A DNA stretch of 64,000 bases from Hyaloraphidium curvatum SAG 235-1 (GCA_025558095.1 JAIVFI010000032.1:496001-560000); one strand, 5' to 3'; shown: positions 10,749 to 22,059, numbered from the stretch's first letter. Translations and numbers: made by a program. Notes: generated by a model from the sequence alone, not told the origin.

Positions 10749-13037
10749 TTAACCCCCTCTCCCACCACGCGACCCGCCGCCGCCCGACGATCCGCCCCTC
10801 TGAGAACCCCTGGCGCTTCCCTGCCCCCCGCTCTTGCCTTCCCTACCCCTCCCGGGATTTGCACTCCGCCCGAACCCGTCTTTGCCGTCCTCTTCCCCCA
10901 TCTTTTCGTCCCTTTCCCCGCCCCTCCCGCCGCCACGGCCGCCGCCTCCGCCGCCATCCAGCTCCTCGTCGGGCGGCGGCGCAGTGTACGGCTTCCCCGA
11001 TACCCCGCCTTCGAGCACGTCGTCGGGCGGGGGCACCGTGTACGCCCGCACCGCGCCCCTCCCGCCCTCTTCGTGCAGATCCTGCAGCAGGTTGCCGTAG
11101 CTCTCTTCCACATCCCCGCTGGCCCTCTCGAGCGCACGTGCGGTGTCGCCCCGTGGGGGACGGGCGGCGCGGGGGTCGGGAGGGCGGCCGTCGGGCGTGG
11201 TGAATGAGAGCCGAGTGTTGAGTTCCGACGCCTGGCGCTGCCCGGCGGCGAGGAGGCGGTTCGGGTCGAGGGAGGCAAGGAACGGGTGACACATAACGGC
11301 TTCCCAGCCTTCGCGCGGCGGATCGGGTCAGCTGAGGCGGCGGACGTGGCTTTCCGCCGGCGCACCTTTCTTCCCCTCGGCCTGGTAGCTCCCCAACCTC
11401 GTCCTCGGATCCGGATCGAGCAGCCTCGAGACAAAGTCCTCCGCGTCGTCCGGCAGCCCGCGCATCCTCGCTGCATCCAGGAACTCCCGCTGCGCCGGCA
11501 CCCGCCCGCGGCGGAACGCCCTGCCCCAGAACACGGAGTAGTCGACCTGGTTCTTGAGCTGCGGCAGGAAGGGGCCGTTGTGCTGCTGGTTCCATTCAGG
11601 CTGTGGAGTCCCCGTGAGGAGGTTGAAAACCGTGACGCCCAGGGACCACCAGTCGACCTCGAGGCCGTCTATTCGGGCTGTGAGTCAGCTGCTTGCAGGC
11701 GGAGGACGAATGGGGGACCCACAGGGGGGCGCGTCGGGGTTGCGGTAGTACACGATCGCTTCGGGGGCGCTGATGCGGTAGTCGCACACGCCTGCTTCGG
11801 ACGAGTCTTGCTCGACGAGCTGCGGCGGAAGCATGAGATGGTGGATGGACGGCGTGCCGCGTGTCGCACCGATGCCTCGATCGCGCAGCCGAAGTCGGCA
11901 ACCATGGGGCGGCGCTTGGCGTCCAGCAGCACGTTGCCGGGCTTGAAGTCCCTGTGTATGATCCCCTTGGAGTGCATGAAGCCGATAGCGATCGCCAGCT
12001 GGCCTGCCATGATGCGCGCCTTGTCGACAGGGAGGCCCGGGCGCACGGGGTCGCGGAAGAACTTGCCCTTGCCGAGCAGCTCCGACTGTCGGTGGGGCGG
12101 CGCTTAGTCACTTGCGCGTTCCCGGCCCAAGGGAAGGAGCACCTCGAGGTCGCTGAAGGCCTTGGCCATGGCGATCGAGAAGGTGATCTTGAACGGGGTG
12201 TTCTTACCAAGCGGGGCCCTGCTGGTCCAGGAGCCCCAGAACTTGATCATGTACGGCCCACCGTCGAGAGCTTTCATCTGCGGTCGACAGGGCACGTCAG
12301 TCCGTTTCCTGATGGCCTTGCGGCGCCGGAACCCACGAACTGCGGCTCCGTCCGCGATGCGCGCCGCACGACGCACGGCTTGGGGTCGTCACCGCACTTG
12401 GGCCACAGCGAGAAGCTCTGCTCCTTGATGGCAAACAGCCTCATCTGGCTGCCCTCTGCTTCGTCCAGCGGGCCCGGCCGCACGCCTCGCAGGGAGCCGA
12501 GCAGCACCCGGCCGAATGCACCGGCGCCGAGCTCCTTGCCCGTGTCGAAGTAGACGAGAGGGACTATCGTGCGGTTCCTGTTGCGCAGCACCCGGTTCGG
12601 GAGGGAGTGCAGGGGCGAGACCACCGTGGGCTGCGCGCGGACGGCGGGGCACTGCCGGGCGGGCGGGGCGCCTCCCGACGCCGATCCACTGCGGGGACGC
12701 CCTTCCGGCCTGCCCGGCGGGCCGTCGTCGACGTCGACCTGGGCGGCGTACGCGCTGCCCCTCCCCGAGTCGTCGATGTCGACCTGCGCCGAGTAAGCGC
12801 TGCCGCCCCCGCCCTCGCCGGCGTCCGGCCTCTGCCGCTGCCGCTGCGGCTCCTCCCGCGCGGTTCGGGATCGTCGATGTCGACCTGCGGGGAGTAGGAG
12901 CTTCCCTCGGGCCTGCCGCCCCCGCTGACGCTCGGCCTCCGGGAGCCCCCCTCGGCCGCCTCCGCCGCGCCCGCAAGCAGAAGCAGCACCAGCAGCGCAA
13001 GAAAGGACGCTGCCCGGCCACGAATCCGCCGTGCCAT
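10749..13037 (-). CDS. Ser/Thr protein kinase with N-terminal signal peptide (frameshift near 12830)
   Basis: MARRIRGRAASFLALLVLLLLAGAAEA; LGAGAFGRV, FAIK, HRDFKPGNVLL, ADFG, SAPE, DWWSLG, FVSRLLDPDPRTRLG, HPFL across GT-AG introns. Confidence 0.8.
12722..12900 (-). repeat. Three coding repeats (S/A)Y(S/A)xQVD(I/V)DD
   Basis: SSYSPQVDIDD, SAYSAQVDIDD, SAYAAQVDVDD between the signal peptide and the kinase domain. Confidence 0.8.
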
Positions 13038-13354
13038 CGAGCGTCTGGCGTGCGGGAGAATGTTGCGGATCCAATCGCGGAGGATGGGCGGGTCCCGCTC
13101 TCTGCCCTTGCGGCCACGATGCCCGGTCAGGGTCCGCGCGGTCAGCAAGAAAAGAGTCGCGGACATCCAGGACGGCAACGCACTCCTACAGCAGGGCCCC
13201 GGACCGGACAGACAGCCCGGCAAAGCAGACCGCGCTGTGTAAGTACCGCCCGTCGCGTCTATTGTGTCCGTGGCCGATCACGCACAATCCATCGCCGATA
13301 CCATCCAAAGCAAGCCGACCCCAACTCGTTACATAGAACGCCTCCTCCCTAGCT

Positions 13355-13983
13355 CTAGCAGGTCGCCGTCGGGCACGTCGCCGGCGCCTGCGCAAACACC
13401 ACCGACGACGGGTTGTCGCCGAACGCGGTGCACCCCGTGAAGGTCTTGCACTGGAACAGCGACGGCCCGCCGACGTAGGCAAATTCGAAGTGTGTGCAAC
13501 CCGGGCGGGCCTCGCACGAGGCCTGGCATTCGTCGCGGTCGGTGATGCCCGGGTCTTGCTGGCCTTCGTAGCTGCAGCAGAAGTGGCTTCCGCAGTTGGT
13601 GAACTGTCCGGAGTTGGCGTAGCGGCGATACAGCTCGTGGGGGTCGCCGGCAGGGGCGGCGACACAGGCAACACGGTCTTGGGGGGCGCCGGGGTAGGAG
13701 AACTCGCTGCGGGAAAGGGGGGGATTCGAGGATCAGGAGCCGGGGGGCGCTGGAGCAGCAATGCTGCCCACCAGAACGATGTGCCAGCGCATTCGGAGCA
13801 GGACCGGGCGAAGACGACGTGCGGGGCGGCGGGGGCGGCCTCGGCAGGGCTGGAATGCGGGAAGGAATCGGGTCAGTGTCGACGCGAGGAACGGGGCAGC
13901 AGTTGGGCCCGCCTGGCAAGCAGGGCGACGAGCAGGGCGGTGGCGGTCAGAACCATGGCGGTGCTGGTGCGGTGCTGGACCAT
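13355..13983 (-). CDS. Secreted Cys-rich protein, family member 2 (PAN/Apple-like C-terminus)
   Basis: MVLTATALLVALLA; HVVFARSCSECAGTSFCEFSYPGAPQDRVAC...GDPHELYRRY; then CGSHFCC...DECQASCEARPGCTHFEF...CKTFTGC...CPTATC*. Confidence 0.8.
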
Positions 13984-14647
13984 CGTGTCTCGCGGCGGGG
14001 TTGGGGTCGTGGCGCTTGGCGAACTCGACGCGCTGGTACCGGAGCGCTTTCTCGTCTGCGAGGCGGCTAGAGGGCTCGCTTTCTCCTCCTCCGAGTGGTT
14101 TTGCGGTGGCTTCGTGGTGGCCGGCGGCCTTTTGTACCGCCGATCGTAGGGTCCGTCGCACGCGGCGATGTCGTGCGGGCGGGTTCCACACGGCCACGCT
14201 TACGCGCCTCAGTCCAGCGAGCAGGCGCGCATGGGAGATCCAGCCGCGATTCCTGTTGGGATCGTGCCAGGTTGGTTCCGGGGGTCGGCGGTGCGACCGC
14301 CCTCTGGCCGCGCGCGGCACGGCGCGCCGAAAGCCTCGGTCGGCAATGATCCGCTGAGCAGGATTCGGAGGCCCATGTTCCGCGCGCCGGCCGGCCACTT
14401 ACCGGCCGGATGGGCCGCAGATGCTTGGTTTCCACCGAAAAAGTACGGAGCGGTGGAGCTGGCCGACATGGGGTTCCGGAGGGGCGCGGAATCGAGGCGG
14501 ATGCGGCCGAAAGAGAAGCCGAGGCGCACAAAGGAGTGCCACCGAAGAAACGATGTGTGCAGAAACGGTTCTCGGCATTCAAATACGCGGCACCAAGATG
14601 CAGCTCCTCCTTCCTCACTCCCACCAATCCCCTTCCCGGAACGACCA

Positions 14648-16458
14648 TCATTCGGCCGCCACCGTCGCCTGCTTCAGCGCCGCGTCCAGCTCGCCCACCT
14701 CCTCGTCGTCCACGCCCTCGGGCTTGGGGATAGACGGCGCGTTGGCCACCCGGTGCGCCGACAGGGAGCTGCCTGACTTGTCGCCGAACGCCGCGACCAC
14801 TTCCTGCCGGTCAGCCCAAGGTTCGCCGCGCGCACGAAGGGGGACCCACCCTTGGCCTGCACCGCCATCCTCTTGAGCGTCGCGATGCCGTTCCGCTTCA
14901 TCGAGTTCCGCTTGATCGTCCCGCTGATGTCCGGAGCGACCAGGTCGGCGCCCAGATTCGTGGCCGCGGCCGCGGGCTTCTCCTCCGGCGGGCGCGCGAA
15001 CTTCTCGAGCCAGGGGTGCTGCAGCGCGTGCGCGGAGCGCATGCGGGCGGAGGGGTCCACGACAAGGAGCTTGGAGATGAAGTCTTTGGCTGAATGGGGG
15101 GGTCAGTGCTGGGATCAGAAGAGGGGAGGCAGGGGCTGACCTTCGTCGGAGATCTCGCCCCAGTCCTCGATGGGGAAGGAGAAGCTGCCCTTCTTGATGA
15201 GCTCGAACATCTCGGCCTGGGATCCGGTCTCCGAGGCGAAGGGGAGGTACCCGCACAGCATCGAGTCTGCCCCCAGGCGTCAGCACGCCCGGTCCGTCCC
15301 GAAAACCAAAATGGGCACGTACACGCGATGCACCCGGCGCTCCACATGTCGACCTCGATCCCGTGTCCGCCGCGGTTGAGGATCTCGGGGGCCACGTAGG
15401 CGGGGGTTCCGCAGATGGTCTGCAGGAAGTGCGAGGTGCCCACGAGGCGCGAGAAGCCGAAATCCGTGATGAGGATGTGGTTGTCCCCGGGCTTCTTGAA
15501 GAGGATGTTCTTCGGGTGCCGGATCAGCGGATGGGAGAGGAAAGGGAGGGGAACGGCCCACTTCGGGTTTGAGGTCCCGGTGCACCACGCCCTTCTTGTG
15601 CAGGTAGACCAGCCCCTCGATCAGCTGCTTGATGATGATCGCCGCGTCGTTCTCGCTGAATTCGCCGCGGGATATGATGGCGTCCAGCAGCTCGCCGCCT
15701 TTTTCCCCGTCAGCGTCCGTCCGCACGCTGCGGCACGTGAAGGTCACCTTCGGCCAGGTCCAGGATCAGGTAGATCTCGTCCTTGAGCTCGAAGCTCTCG
15801 TACACCCGCGCCAGGTTGGGGTGCTCGAGCTTGGCCATGATTTCGATCTCGGAGATGACGTCGGATTCCTTGCCCTTGATCTTCTTGCGGTCTGCCGAGC
15901 CGGTGCGGGATCAGTCGGACCGAACGGTGAACGGGGGGCGGGGGAGGCCCACCGATGGCTTTGGCGGCATAAACGGTGCCAGTTTTACGGTCGGTGCACA
16001 GCTTGACGGTCGCTGGGGGCGGAGGGGTTGAGTCAATCTGGTGCCGTCGGGGGAAAGGCAGGCAGTGATCCCGGCACGCGGCGGACCCCCGATTCGGCCC
16101 CCGGCGCGCAGCCTGTGCCAATTCCATGCCGAAGAGCGGGAACCGATTACCGGCAGCGGCCACCGCCGCGCGTGCGGCCCCCCGAGATACTGTATCCCGT
16201 CCACCGCCCAATCCCCCCACCGCACCGACACCCACCGTACGTCCCCGCCCCGAGCGTCTTCCCGACCTCGTACTTCTCCTCCAGCCGCTTCTTCGCGTCC
16301 TCGTAGCCGCCCGCGGACCCCGTCGACGCGACGCTCGACACGCTCGCCAGCGAGCTCGCGGTGTTGGTGCGCTTGGCCGGCGGCGCCGCCCCCGTGGGGG
16401 AGCCGGGCGACCCGGGGCCGCTGTCTTTCTTGCCGAAGAGGGTCTTGAGCTTGTTCAT
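14648..16458 (-). CDS. Ca2+/calmodulin-dependent protein kinase (CaMK1-like), multi-exon
   Basis: [75 protein letters not shown]. Confidence 0.93.
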
Positions 16459-16803
16459 CGCGCCGGGGGAATCGCCGACGGGTGCGTGGTGTTCGGGGGA
16501 CAGGTGCGCGCGCGGGCGTCCCGCGGAAACTTCCCCGGGAAAGGCGAGGGAAGGGAGACGCATTCCACGGATGACGCGTCCGTTCCCCCGGGAACAGCCC
16601 GAATCAAGCATGATTCATCCATCCCGACCGTCATCCGCGCCCGATCGGGATCGCCTCGACGGACGATCGGTTGACTTGGCGCCTTGCTGGCGCGCAGTGG
16701 ATCCACCTAACTCCGCATCCCCTCTCACCGAAGGAGCGAGGACGCCCCCTGTGCCCCTCCATTTCCCTCCCCCACCAATCTTTGACACGGCTTGCGGAGG
16801 GAG

Positions 16804-17279
16804 ATGGGCTGCCTAGAGGATATCTGCTGGTGCGCGGCGCCCCTCGACACCCGTCCCACCGCCACGGAGGAGGCCTGACTGTGGTGTCCCCGGGGCGGAC
16901 GCAGCTTCCCTTGCAAGCTCTGCAGTTCCTTCTGCGACATCCTGGTGCGTGTTTCCCCGGTGCCGGCGGGGTTCCCGGTCGCTGACTTCGCGGCAGAACG
17001 GTGCGGGGGATCCTCCCTCCGCGTCCGGTCCAACGGGCACTGACCCCTCCTCTATCTTTCCCGACCTGCTACAGTCATTTTCTGCTGCCCGTGCCGGTGC
17101 ATGTGCGGCTGCCCCAAAACCAGCACCGGTACCCTCTCCTCCCTTCTTTCCACCTGGCCACCGTGAGCTTACGGCCCGCCCGAACCCCCGCAGAGAAGCA
17201 GAAGGAGCGCGAAAAGCCCATCATCATGCAGCAGGTCGTCGTGCAGCAGGGACAGCCGCAGATGCAGCCCCCGCGGTGA
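16804..17279 (+). CDS. Small Cys-rich protein (69 aa, 12 Cys), 5 exons including a 4-nt microexon
   Basis: Exons 16804-16829, 16905-16944, 16997-17000, 17075-17128, 17194-17279 give MGCLEDICCFPCKLCSSFCDILNVIFCCPCRCMCGCPKTSTEKQKEREKPIIMQQVVVQQGQPQMQPPR. Confidence 0.75.
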
Positions 17280-17322
17280 CCTTCCCGGGTGCCGAGGGCG
17301 CGGCTTGCCCCAGGGGGAGGGG

Positions 17323-18204
17323 TCAGGAAGGGCGGGAGGATCGCGCGGCGAGGAGGGGGAGGGCGAGAGAAACGGCTGCCGGGAGCTGTGCGGCAGAGAG
17401 GGCAGGATGGAGGGCGAGGAGGGCGCCGGCGGCGGCGTACGCGAGGTTGGAAAGCGGCGCCGGGGCAGGCGGGGAGCGGGGTAGGGCGGCGAGCGCGCAG
17501 AGGAGGTGCAGGGCCGCGGTTACGGCTGCTGCGCCGGAATCAGAAGGGGTGAAAAAGGCGGAGAGGGGCGTGGGGAGGGGAGGTACGGGGAGGCCGAGGG
17601 CGGGCAGCGGGCGCAGGGCCCAGAGGGCGCAGAGCAGGGCAAGCAGCGCCGAGCCCGATTTGCCCTTGCTGTCCGCTTTTGCAATCAAGGCAGGAAGCCC
17701 AAGCAAACCGGCCGCCGCAGCCATTCCGAACCTGCCCCCTGCCAACGCGTGCCCGACCAGGAACGCCGCCGTTCTCCCCCAATCCGGCCCCATGCCCGGC
17801 TCCAACGCCCGCGTTGCCAGGTCCAACAGGCACCACGCGTCCACTGCCGCCGGCACCACTGCCGCCAGCCCGGCCCAAGATGCCTGCTCGGCGGCGCCGC
17901 CCTCGCGGCCGCGCTGGCCCCCCAGGAACCCGGCCTCGCCCAACGACACGGCAGCCTGCGCGCCGGCGAGGAACAGCAGGGCGACATAGGGGAAGTACCG
18001 CCACCCGGGCCACTTTTCCGCCCCCGAAAGCGATAGAGCGGGGGCGACGAGGAGCAGCGCGGCTGCGGACCAGCCGACGAACGACGGGGCGAGGTCGGAC
18101 CCGGAGAGCGTGGCGGCGAGGAGTGCAGAGGGGAGCAGGAGGGACAGGTAGGGGAGGAAGGACAGGAGGGCCGGCGGCGCCGGGGGTGGGCGCGGGCGCG
18201 GCAT
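17323..18204 (-). CDS. Hypothetical polytopic membrane protein
   Basis: 293-aa ORF with many Leu/Ala-rich hydrophobic segments. Confidence 0.55.
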   Translation of the reverse strand: MPRPRPPPAPPALLSFLPYLSLLLPSALLAATLSGSDLAPSFVGWSAAALLLVAPALSLSGAEKWPGWRYFPYVALLFLAGAQAAVSLGEAGFLGGQRGREGGAAEQASWAGLAAVVPAAVDAWCLLDLATRALEPGMGPDWGRTAAFLVGHALAGGRFGMAAAAGLLGLPALIAKADSKGKSGSALLALLCALWALRPLPALGLPVPPLPTPLSAFFTPSDSGAAAVTAALHLLCALAALPRSPPAPAPLSNLAYAAAGALLALHPALSAAQLPAAVSLALPLLAARSSRPS

Positions 18205-18689
18205 CGTGAAGTTGGGGGAGGCGGGACTCGCACATGCGGCCCGATCGAGGTCACATCCGGCCCGCGGCCGGATTCGGGTTGGACTGCGGGTTCCACGGAA
18301 CTAATCGACCGGATTCTTCCGTTTCGTAGGCGCGGTGGACGGCGGAGCTTGGCTTGCGAGGTGCCTGATGTATGGCTCGCCCGGGGGCCAACGCGCGTTC
18401 CGCCATGATCGGGCAGGATCTAGCCCCTCGTCCGACACCGGTTTCCGGCGGTGCCCATCGCCGCTCTGTGGCCACCGTACGGGGCGGACCGCCGTGGTGG
18501 CGAAAGTGCAGCAGCAACATATGACTGGTCTGGTCTGGTCTGGACGTCAAGCAGACCACACATGGGTACTCATCAACCCCCAACCTGATGCGGGTGACCG
18601 TGGAGCCTACCTGAGGCTTCAATGCAGTGGCCGGTCGCCATGCGGAATCGGTCGGCAGGGTTTCGGGACCCCAGCCTCCGTCGGCGGAG

Positions 18690-19061
18690 GCTTTCCCCGC
18701 AGAGCGGCGCGCGGCCAACGGGCGGCCGCACCGACTGCCACACCGCCGAACCCAGGAGAACGCCAAGCATGTTCCGAACAAAGCTGCCGCTAGTTTGTCG
18801 ATGCTCCTTTGCCCGCTGGGGTCGGAACCGGTCGGGAGCGTTGGCCGTCTGGAACCCGCCCGCATCACATCGCCCACGCCCTTATGGGCCGTACGGTCGG
18901 CGCTACAAAAGGGCCGCCGGCCATCGCGAAGCCACCGCAGAACCATTCCGAGCTCCGAAGGAGGAACCAAGCTGAGCTCGCCCCTTTCACACGGCAACTG
19001 CCGCCGCGCAGAGAAGCACTCTTGTCAGCCGAGCGCCCCGTGAACCTTCCGCAAAGAAACG
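18690..19061 (+). repeat. Upstream region duplicated in inverted orientation at ~14000-14330
   Basis: GGAACCCGCCCGCA, TACAAAAGG(G)CCGCCGGCCA and GAAGCCACCGCA.AACCA occur here and, reverse-complemented, upstream of member 2. Confidence 0.8.
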
Positions 19062-19683
19062 ATGGCCTCCCGCATCTCCCGCGCCGCGATGGTTCTCGCC
19101 ACCCCCGCCCTGCTGTTGGCCCTGCTTTCATGGCAGGGACACTGGCTGCACCGTCAAGCGTGGCCGCTGATTTGCCTTTCTCATCGCAGCCCCGCCGCCG
19201 CCGCCCCGGCCGCCCCGCATGTCGTCTTTGAACGCTCGTGCACCGAATGCACCGCTTCGGCATTCTGGTCAGCTGCCCTCCTCCTCACCGTGCCGCACGG
19301 CTTCTGATCCGCGAACCCCCCCTTGTCCTCACAGCGAGTTCGCCTTCCCCGGGGCCCCCCAAGACCACGTCGCCTGCATCACCACCGCCCCGGGCGACGC
19401 CCACGCGCTGTACCGCCGCTACGAGGGCGAATTCGTCTCCTGCGGCAGCGTCTACTGCTGCATCACCGACGGCGGCCGCAACGAACCCGACATCTCGGAC
19501 CGCGATGGATGCCAGGCGGCCTGCGCCGCGAGGCCCGGCTGCACCCACTTCGAGTTCGGCTCCTCTGGCGGGCAGTTCTTCTGCGGGACGTACACGTCGT
19601 GCACCAACTCGGGGGCCGACGGGGGGTACGCCGTGTATGCTCAGGCGCCGGCGGCGTGCCCGGCGCTGACCTGCGGGTTGTGA
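19062..19683 (+). CDS. Secreted Cys-rich protein, family member 3 (PAN/Apple-like; inverted duplicate of member 2)
   Basis: MASRISRAAMVLATPALLLALLS; HVVFERSCTECTASAFCEFAFPGAPQDHVAC...GDAHALYRRY; CGSVYCC...DGCQAACAARPGCTHFEF...CGTYTSC...CPALTCGL*. Confidence 0.82.
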
Positions 19684-20172
19684 TGCGGCATGCACGGAAG
19701 ACGGTGTGGGGACGGCCTTGCCTTGCAACGCTATCGGAGTGTACCTCTTGTATTGAACTGGGATCGGGGTCGTACAACCGACCACATAGAAGGGAGATTG
19801 GAGTACGGCAGGCCGCTCCCATCCAGCTCCGCCATCCGAAGATCTGACAACCTGCGTTGGACGTACGTTCAGTCAGTAGCATGTCCCGGTCCGAAAAGAC
19901 GGCAGCGCGATCGAGCGCCAGGCGTCAGCTAATCGGCTCCGACAGACCCACCGATCCGAGCGGCGTCGGCGTGTCCCCGAGCAGCGCCTTCCGACCGGCA
20001 CTATTCAACGATCAAGCTTCTCAAGAGCGCTCGCAGAATCAGCGGCGCGTCATCTGCACCATCATCCGCGAGTTAGTCACATGCGGGCGGCGCGGAGCGG
20101 ATCGAGGTGGCAGTGCGGCGGAGCCCGATCGCTTCTCCCCGCCCTCCAATCAACACCTGCCCGAAACCCGCG

Positions 20173-21284
20173 ATGCCGCTCCAATCGACCCTCTCCGCCG
20201 TTGCCGGCGCATGGGACGCCCTTTCCTCGGGCGTCCTCTCGGCGTGCGAGGCCGCGCTTCGCTCCGTGCCGCTCGTCGGCGAGCGCCTGGTTCCCTACGC
20301 CGATATCCCTGCCTACGGTCTCCTCTTCCTCGCCACCAACGCGGCCGTCGTCTGGCCGCTCCACAACACCCTGCGCTACATGGACGCGCACCCCGAGGGG
20401 TGGTGGTTCAAGCACAAGATCGAGAAGGTCCGCAAGCCGCCCAAGGAGCTCGAGGAGGCCGCGGGGGCCTCGGGGCGGTGGGGCCGGATCGTGGTCGGGC
20501 CGGTGCAGGAGGCGATCGTGTACGCGGTGCTCTACCGCGCGCTGAAGCCGACGTTCGGGGTGTCGGTGCCGCTGGGGACCATGGCCAAGAGGATCTTTGG
20601 CGCCATGATTTGGACCGACGTCTGGCTCTACTGGTGGGCTCTTTTCACCGGCAAACCGGGCTGTCTTTGGCTGATCTCGATGCCAGGTACCACCGCTTCG
20701 TGCACACCAACAAGTGGGCGTGGCGGAACCTCCACCGCGAGCACCACGAGTTCATCGTCTCGACCGTCTACGCCTCGTACTGGGGCACCCGCAACGAGGG
20801 CTTCCTGCAGTCCTCCCCGATGTGGACGGCACCGCTGGTGTGCGGGTTCACGTCGGTGCCCGAGATCCTGCTCTGGATGGCGATGAACGAGTACATCAAC
20901 CTGCACCAGCACTGCGGGTACTCGTTCCCGTGGGATCCGCTCGAGTACTGGCCGCTGGCTGGTTCTGCGCACCACTGGTATGTTCCGGAAAGGCGGTGTC
21001 CGTGCCCAGCTAACGACGTGGTCCTTCCAGGTTTCACCACGCGAAGAACTCGGGTCCCCGCTCGGGGAACTACTCCCTGACCTTCTTCAGGTGAGGATTC
21101 GACGGGCCTCACGACGTGGACCCTAAACTAACCCCTGCAAAGCTTCTGGGACACCGTTTTCGGCACGGACAAGCGCTACTGGGTGTGGTTGAGCCGCAAG
21201 GCCGGCGAGGACCACGCCGCGGAGGACGCGGCGGAGGATAAGGAGGCGATGGACGCCGTCGCCGTCGAGACCAAGTCCCAGTGA
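20173..21284 (+). CDS. Fatty acid hydroxylase / sterol desaturase family (ERG25/ERG3-like), multi-exon
   Basis: His boxes YHRFVH, HREHH, HQHCG, HHWFHH; WDTVFGT. Confidence 0.9.
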
Positions 21285-21372
21285 TTGAATCGTGCCTTGG
21301 AGAGCGTGGCATTGGAGGCAGTTCAATTGCACTTGCATTACCTATTTGAATATAGAACCACACGTCGGCATT

Positions 21373-21480
21373 TCCGAGTTGGCGGTGTGTGTCGTGCGTG
21401 ACGGTGGTCGGCGAGCTTGTCGGCGAGTCACACGGCGAGTTTGTCGGCGAGTCACGCACGACACACCCCGCCGAGTCCGA
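21373..21480. repeat. ~110-bp hairpin / MITE-like element
   Basis: Perfect 16-bp inverted repeat GTGTGTCGTGCGTGAC (21387-21402) / GTCACGCACGACACAC (21451-21466), imperfectly extendable; interior has four CGGCGAG units. Confidence 0.75.
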
Positions 21481-21549
21481 ACCTCCGCAAAGGTCCCCTC
21501 CTGCCACGTCCCTCGGCGATTGTCGGGTTCCCATCGCGCGACGCAAACG

Positions 21550-21855
21550 ATGGCCAGCCACGCCGCCGATGCCGCGGCGAGCGACATCAAGGCGCTCCAC
21601 TCCTCCCCCGAGCTCGCCGAGGAGCTCAAAAGGGCCGCCGAATCCGTGCACGCGTCGCTGCTCTCGATGAAGGCGCTGGACGAAAAGGACATGAAGCAGA
21701 CCGCGGACATGGTCAAGGGCCTCGTGACGGACACGCGGAAGGAGCTGCAGGCCATGGGCGCCATCGACAAGGTGAACGCGGCGAGGGCCGAGAAGGAGAT
21801 CAGGAAGCTGGAGGGCAAACTGAAGGCGCTGTTCGAGGGCAAGGAAAGGAAGTGA
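21550..21855 (+). CDS. Small helical/coiled-coil hypothetical protein (101 aa)
   Basis: Strong GC3 codon bias; MASHAADAAASDIKALH...LFEGKERK*. Confidence 0.65.
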   Translation: MASHAADAAASDIKALHSSPELAEELKRAAESVHASLLSMKALDEKDMKQTADMVKGLVTDTRKELQAMGAIDKVNAARAEKEIRKLEGKLKALFEGKERK

Positions 21856-22059
21856 TGGAGGGACGAGAGGAAGCACGCAGAATGGCGGTTTTTGCGAGTA
21901 CCGCGCGAGGCCAGTCGCCGAGGAGGACGCGGACGCGACGAGAGCGAGGCGATGGACGCCGTTGCCGTCGACGCCACTGCCCAGTCACATGCCGAGTGAG
22001 AGCTTGCTATGGGAGCAGCTGCAAGTGCATATATTGTCTATAGGGGCGGCATTTCCAAT

